The notes under the pieces: model-generated
Told to the model about the DNA's origin: nothing
Seen by the model: the letters and a program-made list of their open reading frames with translations, nothing else
Database searches by the model: none
Translations under genes and position numbers: made by a program
Origin: Paraspadella gotoi
Lineage: Eukaryota > Animalia > Chaetognatha
Reading direction: 5' to 3'
DNA length: 64,000 bases
NCBI GenBank assembly: GCA_051294375.1
Contig: CM119264.1
Span: forward strand, 21,795,582-21,859,581
Shown here: in pieces, positions 11,112 through 24,859 of the stretch
Layout of the letters: every line of letters begins with the position of its first letter
Position numbering within the stretch: position 1 is the stretch's first letter

Positions 11112-14100
11112 TCAAAAGAAATATCCCCAAATGAAGATTGCGACGACACAGAGAATTAAAGCGTTGATGTTGCAGATCCACCTGGAGGTTTTGGTTTCCC
11201 TAATGGCGCGAGGCCCGCCGATAGAGGCCAGCAAAGGGCGAGGTTCCGAGACGCCGGACCGCTTCATCTCTGATACTCCGCAGATCCAGAGAGCCGCCTT
11301 TTTCCAAAAAGGAAGGCCGTCGTATGCGGCAGCGGCGTCGATCGGCTTCGGAGTCACTTCCATATTCTTAAGATAGAAAAATTGAAGAAAATGCAGAAAT
11401 TTATGGGCCGTTGGTTGTGACATCGATATTCATACCAACTTTGATTTAAAGATTAAACTGCAATGTCATTTAAAATGGAATTCAGCATAATTAAAATTAG
11501 AAAGTTGTATTTGCAAGTGACCACTCCTAGTTACTTACTTGCGCGCCCTCGCTTAGAACGGCCGTCGACTGGTGAGAGCTGGGGGCGGTGCTCCGACACT
11601 CGGCAAGGTCATTCCTTGAAGCGAATGTAGTGTTGATGATATCTCTCCGATCTGGGGCATGAGTGAGGAGTGACACGATGATGGTGACAATGAAAACGAT
11701 TACAAAAAGTATGACCCCGAAATGGAGGTAATGCACACTCGTAACGATGGACGGAGTTGGATCGGCCTTTCCGCTCAAACAGTCGGGCATGATACCAACA
11801 TAGGTGAATTCCAAAATAAACCTGTAATAATCAAAATAATGAGAAAGAAACCTTTCTTATTATCGTTTAAACAAGTGGCAGACTATACCTGGTTAGACCT
11901 ATCGCCAATCCCACCATGAGGCCCCAAAAAGCACCTGGCTCGTTGATTCGTCCCCATGAGACGCCCAGAACAAATATCGCGCAAATGGGTGGCGCCAAGT
12001 AGGATGTTATTGACTGGATGTAATCGAACAACTGGGAACCTTGCGCCGCCTGCAAATAGAGGGTAAAGAATATTAAATGCTGTGGAAATATATATTCGTC
12101 ATGATGTTTACCTCAATAATGGGAATCCATAAAATTGAAACGACGAGAAGGGCAACGACAAATATTCTACTCACGATCATCAGTTCGATCTATTAAATCA
12201 AGGAATTAGTTTCAGGGGCAAGGAAAAGCAAAGCAATGTAATGCAAAGCTGCGGTCCTCAGTCCCCACCTCAGAGGCTGTAGATCTGATTCTTCTCCAGA
12301 TGTCCATGGTGAAAATCGTGCTTGCAGAATTAAATATGGAGGTTTGTGACGACATTAAAGCGGCCATCATCACAGCCAGCATCAAACCACGGGCACCGTG
12401 GGGCATTAATTGCATCACTAAAGTAGGATACGCCAAATTCGTGCATCCCTTCAAGTGAGGTGGTACTTAAAATCTCACAATTTGAAATTGCTTAAATTGT
12501 AGCTTGATGAAAAAACTTACCTTTCTTGATCCGCAACACGCTTCACAAATGTCCGGATCGTAACAACCCACCACATCCTGGTAGAGGATTCGGGAGATCA
12601 TTCCAGGAAAAATCATCATAAAGATTGGTAAAATTTTGATGTAGCCAGCGAAGACAGTTCCGGCCTTTGCGTGAGAAAGGTTTTTCGCCGACAGCGTCCT
12701 TTGAACTATGACTGTTAGGCGGGCCAAAATTTAACAATTTTTACAATATGAAAAAGTCTGCAATAAAAGTATTTTGTCCTTTTACAACCAAATTGCCTTA
12801 TGATGTTAGATTTTGATTAAATTAATTTTCCTCATTTTAGAATTTTAATATTTAACAATGCATAAGAAATGCTTTAAAAAATTTTTAAGAAATTTAAATT
12901 TTTAAAAATAGATTCTGATAAAGATTAAAAAGTTAAATAAAGGTTAGTACTACAAATTTAGTGAAGATTGGGAGAAAGAATTTAGTAAATTACAAAAATA
13001 TAAATAATATTTCTCTCGGCCTAAAATTCCATTCTCGTTTACATTCCTACTTTATAAACAAGTAGTTCATATAAAAGTCATTGTTATTTTATTCTCGCGC
13101 TCATTATTATTATTGCATTTCCCTTCGATGTTATACTGAAATAAACTCTCGTTCATTTTATTTGGTATCGAATTCTTTTCACTAAAAATTCCGTCCTCCA
13201 CTATTTCAAAAATTTTAATGATAAATGGGCTAAAATTTAAAAAAACCTTAAAAAATCATCATCATTCATTAAATTTTCTAGTTTTGTTAATTTTCATAGA
13301 TAAATCATTAAAATTTCAAAAAAGTTGTATTAATAACCTTCATCTAACTTTTCAAGCTCTATCAGAATTTGTTAAAAAAAAATTATTAAAAAAATTTTTT
13401 GACATTTTATAGTATTCGGATAATATATAATAGCTTCCATGCGTTTAACTGTAAGATAAATATTAAATTTATTTTTATTTTTACGATCTTTAATAAACAC
13501 ATTAACAATATTTATACCGGACTTCTGTTAGTTTGTAACCTGTTCCGCCTTAATGACTGTGAAGTGCAGTTTGATTAATATGGTCACATTCAACTTTCAA
13601 TTTATTCAACGTACTATTGCTATTTTGTCGTAATATTTGTTTTTTAAATTTACAAACCCGGAATCCGATCTAACGCACCTTGATCCGTGCACCAGTACCA
13701 AGTGGCGGAAATAGTTAGTCCGAATGTTATGCCGGTCCAAGGTAACTCTGCATCAGTCACCGGCCTCATTAAGTGCATGTAATTGGAAGGAACTCCATCA
13801 AAGCATTGTGTCAAGTTCCTTTCTGGAGTGTCCGTAGGGTAAAGCGGAATAGCTCGTGGAAACAGGCGCTCCATTTCGTTGTACCCGCCGACCTTGTAAA
13901 GCGATAAAACGCCTAAGTAAATTCCGCCGATAACCATGATAAGCGTCTCCAAGGTGTCGGTGAACATCACGGCTGTCAAACCGCCGGTGATTGTGAAAAT
14001 CGCAGAAATTACGATCCTAACGATGAGAACATTGTGCAATCGGTGATGGTTGTAACTCTTCACTAAAAAGTTTCGTACTCACAGAATGACGACCGACTCG

Positions 14101-14812
14101 TATTTGCCCTGATTCAACGCCACTTTAAGAAACAAAGCGCCGGCAAACAAATTCGCAGAAATTTTTGTGAAAACATAAAGGAGAAGGGCGAGGACGGAGA
14201 GATAAACCTAACAAAGAACAAATTAAAAGGCCAACTGAATTTATTAGAAAAAAAAGTTAAACTGTGTACTCTACTGTATGCTCTTTATATACGTAGAATA
14301 ACACTCACACTGTATATGAACAAGACTTACTTGTATTCTAGTGCCGCCAAACCGCTTTTTCAAATACTCGGGCATCGTAAACACCCCGGCGGAAAGATAA
14401 ACCGGCGTGAAAATCCAGCCCAGTAGAATTAGCACGAAAACGGCGTTCAATTCGAACATGTAGACCGCCAAGCCTGAAGCAGCCGCCGTGCCTGCTAAGC
14501 CTGCAATAATGAAAATTGCTGTTAGAAGGCTCAGCAATCACCAAACAGAGCGCGATCTATGTAGAGTCGTGGCTTACCGATGAAATGCTCGGATCCGATG
14601 CAGGAAGAAAAGAGGGATGCTCCAACCAGCAGCCAGTGCATGCTTTGACCGCCAAGGAAGAACCCATCGACGGAGCCGCGATTTTTCAGCGACGACAAGA
14701 TCCCCACGACGATGATGACAACGAAGTACAGAACGATGACGAGCAGGTCAGACCAGTGAAGATTACCGACGTCGCCCTCCCAGGCATCCGGAAGCGAAGG
14801 ACAAGTGGCCAT
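11112..14812 (-). CDS. SLC5 sodium/glucose (or myo-inositol) cotransporter-like, multi-exon
   Basis: [29 protein letters not shown]|[48 protein letters not shown]|[51 protein letters not shown]. Confidence 0.93.
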
Positions 14813-15570
14813 CGTAGCCGAAGGTTGTGGCTTTTCTGTAACGTAGGATTTAAGGCTATGTCATTGTATACCATTTCAATTCTTAGAAGTATTCAAAATA
14901 ACGTAAGCCTTACCAGAAATCCGAAAATGGAGTGTAGAGCGTATATCACAGAAACGCTGTTATGCATTGACTAGATAATAGGCACTGGTTTGAGTATAAA
15001 GTCATTACTATCAGAGAAAATCACGGGGATATTACAAAAATATCCTTTGAACAATGTAAATCTGCAAAAGGTGCTAATAAGAAATCAAAAACGATTGTAA
15101 AAATGCAGAAAACTAATCTATTATTCCGTGTAAAATTACAGATTAAATATAAATCCAAAGTAAACAAGATAAATTGGACGGATTGATGACCGCGCTTTCA
15201 AAAAAAAATTTCACAATTTCAAGATTCATTTATTTTGCAGCGTTTTCTCGTACATTTTGCTTCATTAAGGTTACACAAATTTTTTTTTTCTCGTCGAATT
15301 GAGAGAAAAAGCCAAATTTTACTGAAACTCAGCGGGAGTGCTTCGGAACCCACACTAATTTCGAGCAAATATAAGCCACTTAACGAAAGTGTATGTTTAA
15401 GATCACGAGTGGTATTCTAATTAATCTATCGACAAAATCACAAAGCCTGGAAACTAAAGTCTTTCAAAGTACTTTCAAAATACATAGGAAATAGGTTCTT
15501 CCCTTCAAGCAGGCGGATGACAAAAAATGTTTTGAGAGGCTACTATTGTTATATATATACTTTAGTATAC

Positions 15571-17598
15571 CTAATACACAAACGATCCAAAAGCAGAGGC
15601 AACGCAAAATAAGTTTTCGTTCATGTAAACATCAGATGCGAATCCGTCGGTGTCGCTGTCCCAAAAACACTTGGCCGTCGACTTGACTCCTTCGCCGCGT
15701 TGTTCCCCAATCATCACCTATAACCAGGATACGTCAGAGGAGTTGTATGAAGAAGAGGCTCTCGAAATTGCTATGGTAGTCTTTATTGTACCTGAACAAC
15801 GAACTTATAGCGCTCAAAACCGAGATCTTTCATTCTACTCTTTATATCTTCCGAAACGTCGTAGCACCAACCGGACACTTCTTTGTCGTCGTACTGCTTG
15901 CGCCCTTCGAAAAATTCCTGCAAGACCTGTGTAGTAAGGCGTAGTGAAAGTTACATACAAAAATTCTAAAAGTCAATTATGAACAACATCAGTGAATATT
16001 AATTTGTAAAAAAATTAATTTTATGTTTTTTAATTTTTGCAGTAGGCTATATTTATATATAGTACTAACCTTATAAAATCGAAAAATTTCAAAATAGGCT
16101 TTTCTTAATTTTGATTGCAGATTTGAATTCCTCGTAAAAAGTTGATAAAAGAAAATATAAGTCATTTTTAAAAATTCTTTCATTAAGTGGGTTAAAAATT
16201 AAAAAAACTATATTTAATATGGAAAAAGTAAATTTTCAGCTTAAAATATAGCTTTTTTCATTTTTGACCCACTTAATGAAGGAATTTTTCAAAAAGAGTT
16301 ATATATCTTTTTGTCAACTTTTTATGACGAATCCAAATCTGCAAAAAAATCTTACAAAAAACTGTTTTGAAATTTTAACATTTATTGGTCTAGTACTAGT
16401 ATAAATATGGCCTACTGCGTAAATTGTAAAATTTATTATAATTTATTTTATTACATAAATGTTCATTAATATAATGTTGTTCGTTCTTCACTTTTAGAAT
16501 TTTAATTAAAGTTAAATTTAGAAAATTTACTACGCCTTACTGTGTAGTAGGGTGGAGTGACGAAAAGATTGAGCGATGGAACAATTTTTTTTTTACTACC
16601 TTTGTATATGTAATAAAAAATAATTCGGCCCTTTTTCCAAAAAAAATTGTATAACAGTATCATTAATTGAATTTTTTTTATAATAATATCCCTATAAAAT
16701 CATAAAATTTCAAAATCATATTTTTTTAATTTTAAGAACAGTTTCGGATTCGCCGAAAAAAAACTGAAAAACTTTTGTAAATATGTTATATGATATTTTT
16801 AGGTTAAATCTGCGAAAAATGACCAAAACGTTTTATAATATAATAGTTTCTACTACAAAGCATAAAAAAGTAAAGAATTTGATCTTTTTTTTTCAATTTT
16901 TGACGCGGAAGACATTAAAATTTTTAATAACATATTTTATATTTTTGATCTAATTTTTTATGAAGAATCAGAATCTTTAATAAAAATTTATAAAAAATTA
17001 TTTTAAAAATTTATGATTTTATAAGGATATTATGATAAATAGGCGTAACCGCAGTCAATGGGGTGAGTCAAAAAGTTAGAGTGAATACATGCTCAAACGA
17101 CATATTTAGACATTTTTAAGAATACTTTCAACGGACAAAAAATTTCTAATATGGCTCTATACCCTAATAATTATTTTTTTAATTTTTATTTATAGATAAG
17201 AAAGCCAAACATTTTTAATTTTAAGACCAGATTTAGATAGCTCATAAAAAGTTATCTACACAAAGTATAATTCTTTTTTAAATTATTTTTACGATAAGTG
17301 TATCAAAAATAAGAAAAATTGTAAAAAATTATAATCATCATTATCTTTCGATGATTTTATCAGTTTTTTAAATTTATGTTCCCCAGTGCTCCACTCTCCT
17401 GTGCAGTGTGCAATCGAAAATAAAATCATTTAGATATAACCTTATTACATATTTTGTCGCGCATTCAAATACTTCTCTGATAGTCTCCTTAACGATAGAA
17501 CTTTTGAATTTTTGTTCGAAGGGGGGGCGAAGTTGGTATTTGCGTTGAACGTCATCCTCGTCATCTGACGCCGTCGACTTTTGAGCCGCGACACTCAT
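15571..17598 (-). CDS. TCTEX1D2: Tctex1 domain-containing protein 2 (dynein-2 light chain), 3 exons
   Basis: YQLRPPFEQKFKSSIVKETIRE|VLQEFFEG...IKSRMKDLGFERYKFVVQ|VMIGEQRGEGVKSTAKCFWDSDTD...VYMNENLFCVASAFGSFVY*. Confidence 0.9.
15935..16539. mobile_element. hAT-type MITE family A, complete (605 bp)
   Basis: TIRs TAAGGCGTAGT / ACTACGCCTTA and a perfect 8-bp TSD CTGTGTAG (15927-15934 and 16540-16547). Confidence 0.9.
17040..17372 (+). mobile_element. MITE family B, partial copy
   Basis: Homologous to the left part of 28431-28956. Confidence 0.7.
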
Positions 17599-17850
17599 AG
17601 TTCTTAGTTTACAAGACACATTACAACAACACTAGTGCGAAAGAAAAGCATATAAAAACTAAAGTTCTAATAATTCGTGCGTGTAAATATGTAAATATGG
17701 GCACAATCACAGCGATGGAATGAAATACTACATAATTTTTTTTTACGACCCAAAATAACCAGAGAAAAATTATTACCAATAAGAAAAGGAATCTTATCAT
17801 CATTATTAGCGTAAAAGGCACAAGTCGCTTGGGCTGGGTTAAGAAATATT

Positions 17851-18526
17851 TTAATAATAGTGTTTCTTGTGCTTGTGAAGTTTTTTCTGTTGTTTCTTCC
17901 ATTTTTTGTGCTCGTCATCGGAAGAGTCTGAAGAAGAGGAAGAGCTGCTGCTGCTTTTTCCGTGATGTTTTTTTTTCATCATCTTTTTTTGCTTTTTAGC
18001 CATTTTTTTCGCCATTTTAGGATCCATTCCAGCCATTGCCATGCCAGCGCCGACCCCCACTGGACCGCCCACAGGATATCCTAGATACAAAGTTATTTTT
18101 CATTGATGAATTACATGAAAGTTAAGAAACTTCAATATAACCTGGTGCCATTCCGTGACCCGGTGGGTAAGATGCTCCAGGCGCAGGTCGAGGGTAACCC
18201 CCAGCCGCTGGAGGATAGCCACTTGGAGCAGAAGGATATCCTCCTGCAGCAGGAGGGTATCCACCAGGCGGAGGAGGGTATCCACCAGGCGGAGGAGGGT
18301 ATCCACCAGGCGGAGGAGGATAGCCCCCAGGCGCAGGAGGGTGGACCCCGCCAAGTGGCGGATATCCCCCAGGAGCCTGATATTCGGAAGCTGGAGGGTA
18401 ACCAGTGCTCGCTGGAAACACCGCTGGCGGGAGAGGCTGGCCGGGCATCATAGGATTGTAGGGCGGAGCTCCAGGCGCTGGTGGAGGCACTTGACCAGGC
18501 CCCGGTGGGTATGGTTGATAAGACAT
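17851..18526 (-). CDS. PRR13: Proline-rich protein 13-like (2 exons)
   Basis: GGYPPPP repeats followed by MDPKMAKKMAKKQKKMMKKKHHGKSSSSSSSSSDSSD, matching the Pro-rich / Lys-His / poly-Ser layout recalled for PRR13. Confidence 0.7.
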
Positions 18527-18695
18527 CACAAAGCTTGGAACACAAAAACCTTTTTTCTCTTGAGAAAAAAAAATTCGGTTGAACAATGTAAAAAACATTT
18601 TAGGAAAATATCATTCGTAAATTTTGATATCATTAACGAAAAACTTCAACAAAACGGAATGCATTCATTTTTAGCAAAAACAATTTTAACGAAAA

Positions 18696-21486
18696 TCACT
18701 CCAACATGGCAACAAGTGCGTTAAAAAATTTAGCTTTGTGCTTAGTCTTTATCTCAAAGATATTAGTGTCAAAGAAGTTGTAACTTGCTTCGGCCTCTGT
18801 TTTGTCGACGGCCTGCTGAAAGGCCTTGCCAAAAAAATTTTTCTTCTCCTCAGCAACTCCGAGAGGCGGAATCCCCACCACGACGCAAACCTCTTCCTCT
18901 TGAGTCTGGGTGACGCTGTCCCGGGCGGAAATCGTCAGGGGACGGGGAACCTGCGGCATGAAGGGGTCCAGCGAAAGTACAAGTTTTTATCAACGAATAA
19001 GAAAAATTAAAAAACATACCACGACAATGAGAGGGAGGTTTTTGAATTTGCTACGATACTTTCCGCCGAGTTTGACAAAGGCTTGAAGAAGAAAATTGGC
19101 GAGACGGACGATGCCGAGTTGATGAGATATGACGGCAAGACCGGGCGCGCCTTGTTCGATCTAAAATTAAAAGACGGGGTTAAATTAAGAGGGTTTTAAT
19201 TCAACTTAACAAGACCAATTCCCGACCTGCGCGTAAAGGAAAGGGCCGGAGTTGACGATCTGTCCTAAATCGACGCATTGTTGAATGGTGTCGCGCACAA
19301 ACTCGGCATGCGTCACTGCCAGAGCTAAACCCTTGTCCAGGATATCTGGCTTTGACCGATGGTTCAGGCAATCCATCGCCAGGAGGAATAAGTCTTTCTG
19401 ACCGCTGGGGACGTTGGTGTCACTGACGTGAAGATATATTTTTATAATTACTAGTCAAATTAAATGAGCAATTGAGCAATCAGATCTATATCAAATAGGT
19501 TCGGGTAACATAAAATAAACGAGACTGAGAGAGTCTTGATTATAAGCTTGCAGGGACCTGCTATGTCATTATCTTGTGTCCAAAGTCAGGGGCAAGATAG
19601 CTTATTTATTAAATGAATGGATAATTTTTATAATGGTTGTACCAATTTCATAATAAAATAAAAATCGGCAGGGCTCGTCAGTCAATAAAGCCTCAAAAAA
19701 TTTGTCATACCCCTCTCTCACCCGCTTGTCCGCAGGGGCGAGCCGGTCTCGATTATGGCGTTGGCGGCGAGGACGACGTCAGCGGCGGAGAAGCGGTGTT
19801 TGAACCCGAACTGCGCCACGAAGGTGGGGAATAGGAGATTGGCAATGTTGAACTTGGCGCCGCCCTCGGAGATCATTTGTTTGACTTCGGCGCGAACCGA
19901 GTAGTCCATCGAATTGTACTTTTGTTTACACTGGACAAGAGGAAGGCCGATGGCGGCGAGAAACTCGTGGAGAAGCGATTGGCCTGACAGATGAGACCGT
20001 GATTAAGCGGGAGTTAGATAAAGTTACTAGATTTTTAAAATTTTAAGGTAATTCCACTACCTTTAAGTTTCCAAACTTTAAATTGGCAGGCGGTGACCGG
20101 CGAGTGGGTGAGGGAATCGTAGACAGTCCAGTGACGGTATAGGTGAAGATTCAAATCTTCCTCAAAGGATATTCGAAGGCAGTTGATCGACATTCCTTTG
20201 TTTATAAAGAACGAAGTCACAATCATATCTTGTAAAAATGAACGCCTCCAAAACAAAAGCAGAATCCAAGTTCCTCTTACCCGCTGCAGTTTGCTCTTCT
20301 CTGTTTCCGGCGTTAAGTCGTGATACGTGACTCTGAAGAGTTCCGTGAACCACTTCGCAATACGTATCTTGATCCACTACGAACAAAGAAAAATATCGTT
20401 ATACAAAATATCTTATAACCAGACGTCCGTTAAGCCCCTTCAGTCCTCGCCTTTGGACGACACAAATTGATCGGTAACACCGACGATGGCCATCCACAAC
20501 AATTCGTTGTTGTCCTTCGACATCTTTCTCGCGAGATCGTAAACGACAAGCGCCGAGGAATGTCCTGTTTACAAAAGAAGGGTGGAAAATGGTGACTTTA
20601 AAAACAAAATACGTCAAAACAAATAAGCACACACACACACCCGTAAACGTAAACTGCTCGTACTCAAAGAGAATCTTGACTTTGTTCTGCTCCCAAACTC
20701 TCCGCAATTGCTTTCTGGCGATCTTTGCCTCCAATCGGCCAAGACGATCCCCGCCATCTCCGTCTTCGTCCTCGTTTTCGACGTCGTCGTCGTCGTCATC
20801 GCGGAAGACGTCGTCAAACTCTGGATACTCGATTTTATCTTTTTCGTAAAGAAGCAGCTTTACTTGTCGGGAATTGTAGATGTTGCAGACGTCGATCGGG
20901 CGGTGACTGAAAAACAAAGGGAAACAAACGGAATATTTCAATCCATCAGTCATGGTACTGAAAGATAAACTAATAAAATGACTGAAAAAACCTGTCGACG
21001 ATGTAAAAAACAACGTCATCTGACTGTTGCAAGGTTTCCACGACGTCGATTGACGCGCCGCAGTTTATCAGCACCACGTGTTGAACCTTTGAAAAAGAGA
21101 TTTATCCAATATCCAGTTGCAATACTGCCCGGAATCGTGGCACTTGTCGGGTATCGAGGAAAACTCACCTGCTCGATGTGCTCCTCAACGCATTTTAATA
21201 AATCCAAAGGACCGGATATTGGAACGATAGTGTACCTGAGAACGCAAGGTTTTCAGTACTAACCATGCCCGAATCAAATATTTAGTTAAAACGACTTCGA
21301 AGATATTTTCGTTTATGAATTTGCAGTCGTAAAATTTTTTTTTAACAACCTGACGTGGTCAATCTGAAAGAGCGTTTGAAGAATCCTGGAGGCGCAGAGA
21401 GCGTCAACGTCGATTCCAACCAGAACGAGGACGTGCTCGTGCAGAAGAGGCACGTAAAACTCTTGTATGGGGTCTGTGATAATCAT
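18696..21486 (-). CDS. CDC45: Cell division control protein 45, multi-exon
   Basis: VLVLVGIDVDALCASRILQTLF, VVLINCGASIDV, FYIVDS|HRPIDVCNIYN, acidic loop, LLWMAIVGVTDQ, LHLYRHWTVYDSL, AQFGFKHRFSAADVV, KNFFGKAFQQA. Confidence 0.95.
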
Positions 21487-22150
21487 ATTATCTTCAAAGT
21501 CACGTTGTCACTGATCACGTTTATTCATTGTGAAGTAATTTGGCAAGCTGAAACAGATCGAAAAACAACTTTAAATGAAAAAGTGTTCATCGCAAATTAA
21601 GAAGGGCTAAATTTTACACTCGGCGACCGCGGTTTTGGCGGCTTTTGAAAAATTATTTAAAAATACTTATTTTTAAAAAAAATTTTAAAAAATATTACCT
21701 TATTACCCTAACTTTAAACCTTCCTAACCCTAACCACCCTTAACCCTTCCTAACCCCGGTCGGCGAAAGTAACCCGAAAAATTATTATTACATTCTTCGT
21801 CTTCTACATTAAAAACCTAAAAAAGTAGAGGTATAGTCTATTGTCATTGTTTATTACGTATGGAGATAAGAAGCTTCCTGGACTGAAGATGGAACTGAAA
21901 CTATGGAAGGGGGACAAAGCTGGTAACCAGGAAACTCAAAGTCAAGATGATACATATTGTTATTTCGAGCTTTCATTTCGTTGCGTTTGAAATTAGAATT
22001 AAGCAAAATTGTTTATTTTGTTAACAGACAACGAGTTATAAACAATTTCGTTAATAAACAATTTCGCTTAATTCTAAAAATATTTTTACGATAAGTGTAT
22101 CAAAAATAAGAAAATTGTAAAAAATTATCATATCATTATCAATATAATAT

Positions 22151-24420
22151 TCATTTAGATATAACCTTATTACATATTTTGTCGCGCATTCAAATACTTC
22201 TCTGATAGTCTCCTTAACGATAGAACTTTTGAATTTTTGTTCGAAGGGGGCGGCGAAGTTGGTATTTGCGTTGAACGTCATCCTCGTCATCTGACGCCGT
22301 CGACTTTTGAGCCGCGACACTCATAGTTCTTAGTTTACAAGACACATTCAACAACACTAGTGCGAAAGAAAAGCATATAAAAAACTAAAGTTCTAATAAT
22401 TCGTGCGTGTAAATATGTAAATATGGGCACAATCACAGCGATGGAATGAAATACTACATAATTTTTTTTACGACCCAAAATAACCAGAGAAAAATTATTA
22501 CCAATAAGAAAAGGAATCTTATCATCATTATTAGCGTAAAAGGCACAAGTCGCTTGGGCTGGGTTAAGAAATATTTTTAATAATAGTGTTTCTTGTGCTT
22601 TGTGAAGTTTTTTTCTGTTGTTTCTTCCATTTTTTGTGCTCGTCATCCGGAAGAGTCTGAAGAAGAGGAAGAGCTGCTGCTGCTTTTTTCCGTGATGTTT
22701 TTTTTTCATCATCTTTTTTTGCTTTTTAGCCATTTTTTTCAGCCATTTTAGGATCCATTCCAGCCATTGCCATGCCAGCGCCGGACCCCCACTGGACCGC
22801 CCACAGGATATCCTAGATACAAAGTTAATTTTCATTGATGAATTACATGAAAGTTAAGAAACTTCAATATAACCTGGTGCCATTCCGTGACCCGGTGGGT
22901 AAGATGCTCCAGGCGCAGGTCGAGGGTAACCCCCAGCCGCTGGAGGATAGCCACTTGGAGCAGGAAGGATATCCTCCTGCAGCAGGAGGGTATCCACCAG
23001 GCGGAGGAGGGTATCCACCAGGCGGAGGAGGGTATCCACCAGGCGGAGAGGATAGCCCCCAGGCGCAGGAGGGTGGACCCCGCCAAGTGGCGGATATCCC
23101 CCAGGAGCCTGATATTCGGAAGCTGGAGGGTAACCAGTGCTCGCTGGAAACACCGCTGGCGGGAGAGGCTGGCCGGGCATCATAGGTTGTAGGGCGGAGC
23201 TCCAGGCGCTGGTGGAGGCACTTGACCAGGCCCCGGTGGGTATGGTTGATAAGACATCACAAAGCTTGGAACACAAAAACCTTTTTTCTCTTGAGAAAAA
23301 AAATTCGGTTGAACAATGTAAAAAACATTTTAGGAAAATATCATTCGTAAATTTTGATATCATTAACGAAAAACTTCAACAAAACGGAATGCATTCATTT
23401 TTTAGCAAAAACAATTTTTAACGAAAATCACTCCAACATGGCAACAAGTGCGTTAAAAAATTTAGCTTTGTGCTTAGTCTTTATCTCAAAGATATTAGTG
23501 TCAAAGAAGTTGTAACTTGCTTCGGCCTCTGTTTTGTCGACGGCCTGCTGAAAGGCCTTGCCAAAAAAATTTTTCTTCTCCTCAGCAACTCCGAGAGGCG
23601 GAATCCCCACCACGACGCAAACCTCTTCCTCTTGAGTCTGGGTGACGCTGTCCCGGGCGGAAATCGTCAGGGGACGGGGAACCTGCGGCATGAAGGGGTC
23701 CAGCGAAAGTACAAGTTTTTATCAACGAATAAGAAAAATTAAAAAACATACCACGACAATGAGAGGGAGGTTTTTGAATTTGCTACGATACTTTCCGCCG
23801 AGTTTGACAAAGGCTTGAAGAAGAAAATTGGCGAGACGGACGATGCCGAGTTGATGAGATATGAACGGCAAGACCGGGCGCGCCTTGTTCGATCTAAAAT
23901 TAAAAGACGGGGTTAAATTAAGAGGGTTTTAATTCAACTTAACAAGACCAATTCCCGACCTGCGCGTAAAGGAAAGGGCCGGAGTTGACGATCTGTCCTA
24001 AATCGACGCATTGTTGAATGGTGTCGCGCACAAACTCGGCATGCGTCACTGCCAGAGCTAAACCCTTGTCCAGGATATCTGGCTTTGACCGATGGTTCAG
24101 GCAATCCATCGCCAGGAGGAATAAGTCTTTCTGACCGCTGGGGACGTTGGTGTCACTGACGTGAAGATATATTTTTATAATTACTAGTCAAATTAAATGA
24201 GCAATTGAGCAATCAGATCTATATCAAATAGGTTCGGGTAACATAAAATAAACGAGACTGAGAGAGTCTTGATTATAAGCTTGCAGGGACCTGCTATGTC
24301 ATTATCTTGTGTCCAAAGTCAGGGGCAAGATAGCTTATTTATTAAATGAATGGATAATTTTTATAATGGTTGTACCAATTTCATAATAAAATAAAAATCG
24401 GCAGGGCTCGTCAGTCAATA
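22151..24420 (-). pseudogene. Near-identical duplicate of ~17427-19687 (CDC45 3' exons, frameshifted PRR13-like, TCTEX1D2 exon 1)
   Basis: Direct sequence identity. Differences are almost all 1-nt indels that frameshift the PRR13 copy. Confidence 0.85.
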
Positions 24421-24848
24421 TTTATTTATAGATAAGAATTGTCAAAATTTTTAAAAAAATTTTGTATTTTTAAAAGCAGATTCAGATAGCTTTAAAAAAG
24501 TTGTCTACACAAAGTATAATTATTTTTTCAATATTTTGATGATAAGTGGGTCAAAATTGGGAAAAACCTAAAAAAATCATCATTCGATAATTTTAAGTTT
24601 TTGCTAATTTTTAGTAATAAAACATATTTTTAAAAACTTTTTAGCTCTATCAGAATCAACTAAAAAACTTAAATTATCTAAAAAATTTTGACATTATATA
24701 GCAATATAAAAATTTTATTTAACAAATTACTCAATACTCATGGTTCGGAAATTTCTTGCAAAAAATATTTTAACACAATAACTAATACTAATAATGGATT
24801 CGTTTAATGCTGTTCCAATTAATATTTAAATTTGGTCGGCTACCGCTA
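24421..24848 (+). mobile_element. MITE family B, right part
   Basis: Matches ~28550-28956 and ends CGGCTACCGCTA (TIR). Confidence 0.7.
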
Positions 24849-24859
24849 ATTCTACTCTC

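Noticed and set aside
20430-20450. In-frame TGA in CDC45 as readthrough or selenocysteine
   Set aside because: It falls inside a GC-AG intron whose removal restores the frame.
21633-21649. E2F/CHR-like TTTGGCGG..TTTGAA upstream of CDC45
   Set aside because: Spacing is non-canonical and it abuts a probable repeat element, so it cannot be supported from sequence alone.
21880-21905. CTGAAGA...GAAAC as another hammerhead
   Set aside because: No credible stem II or NUH cleavage triplet.
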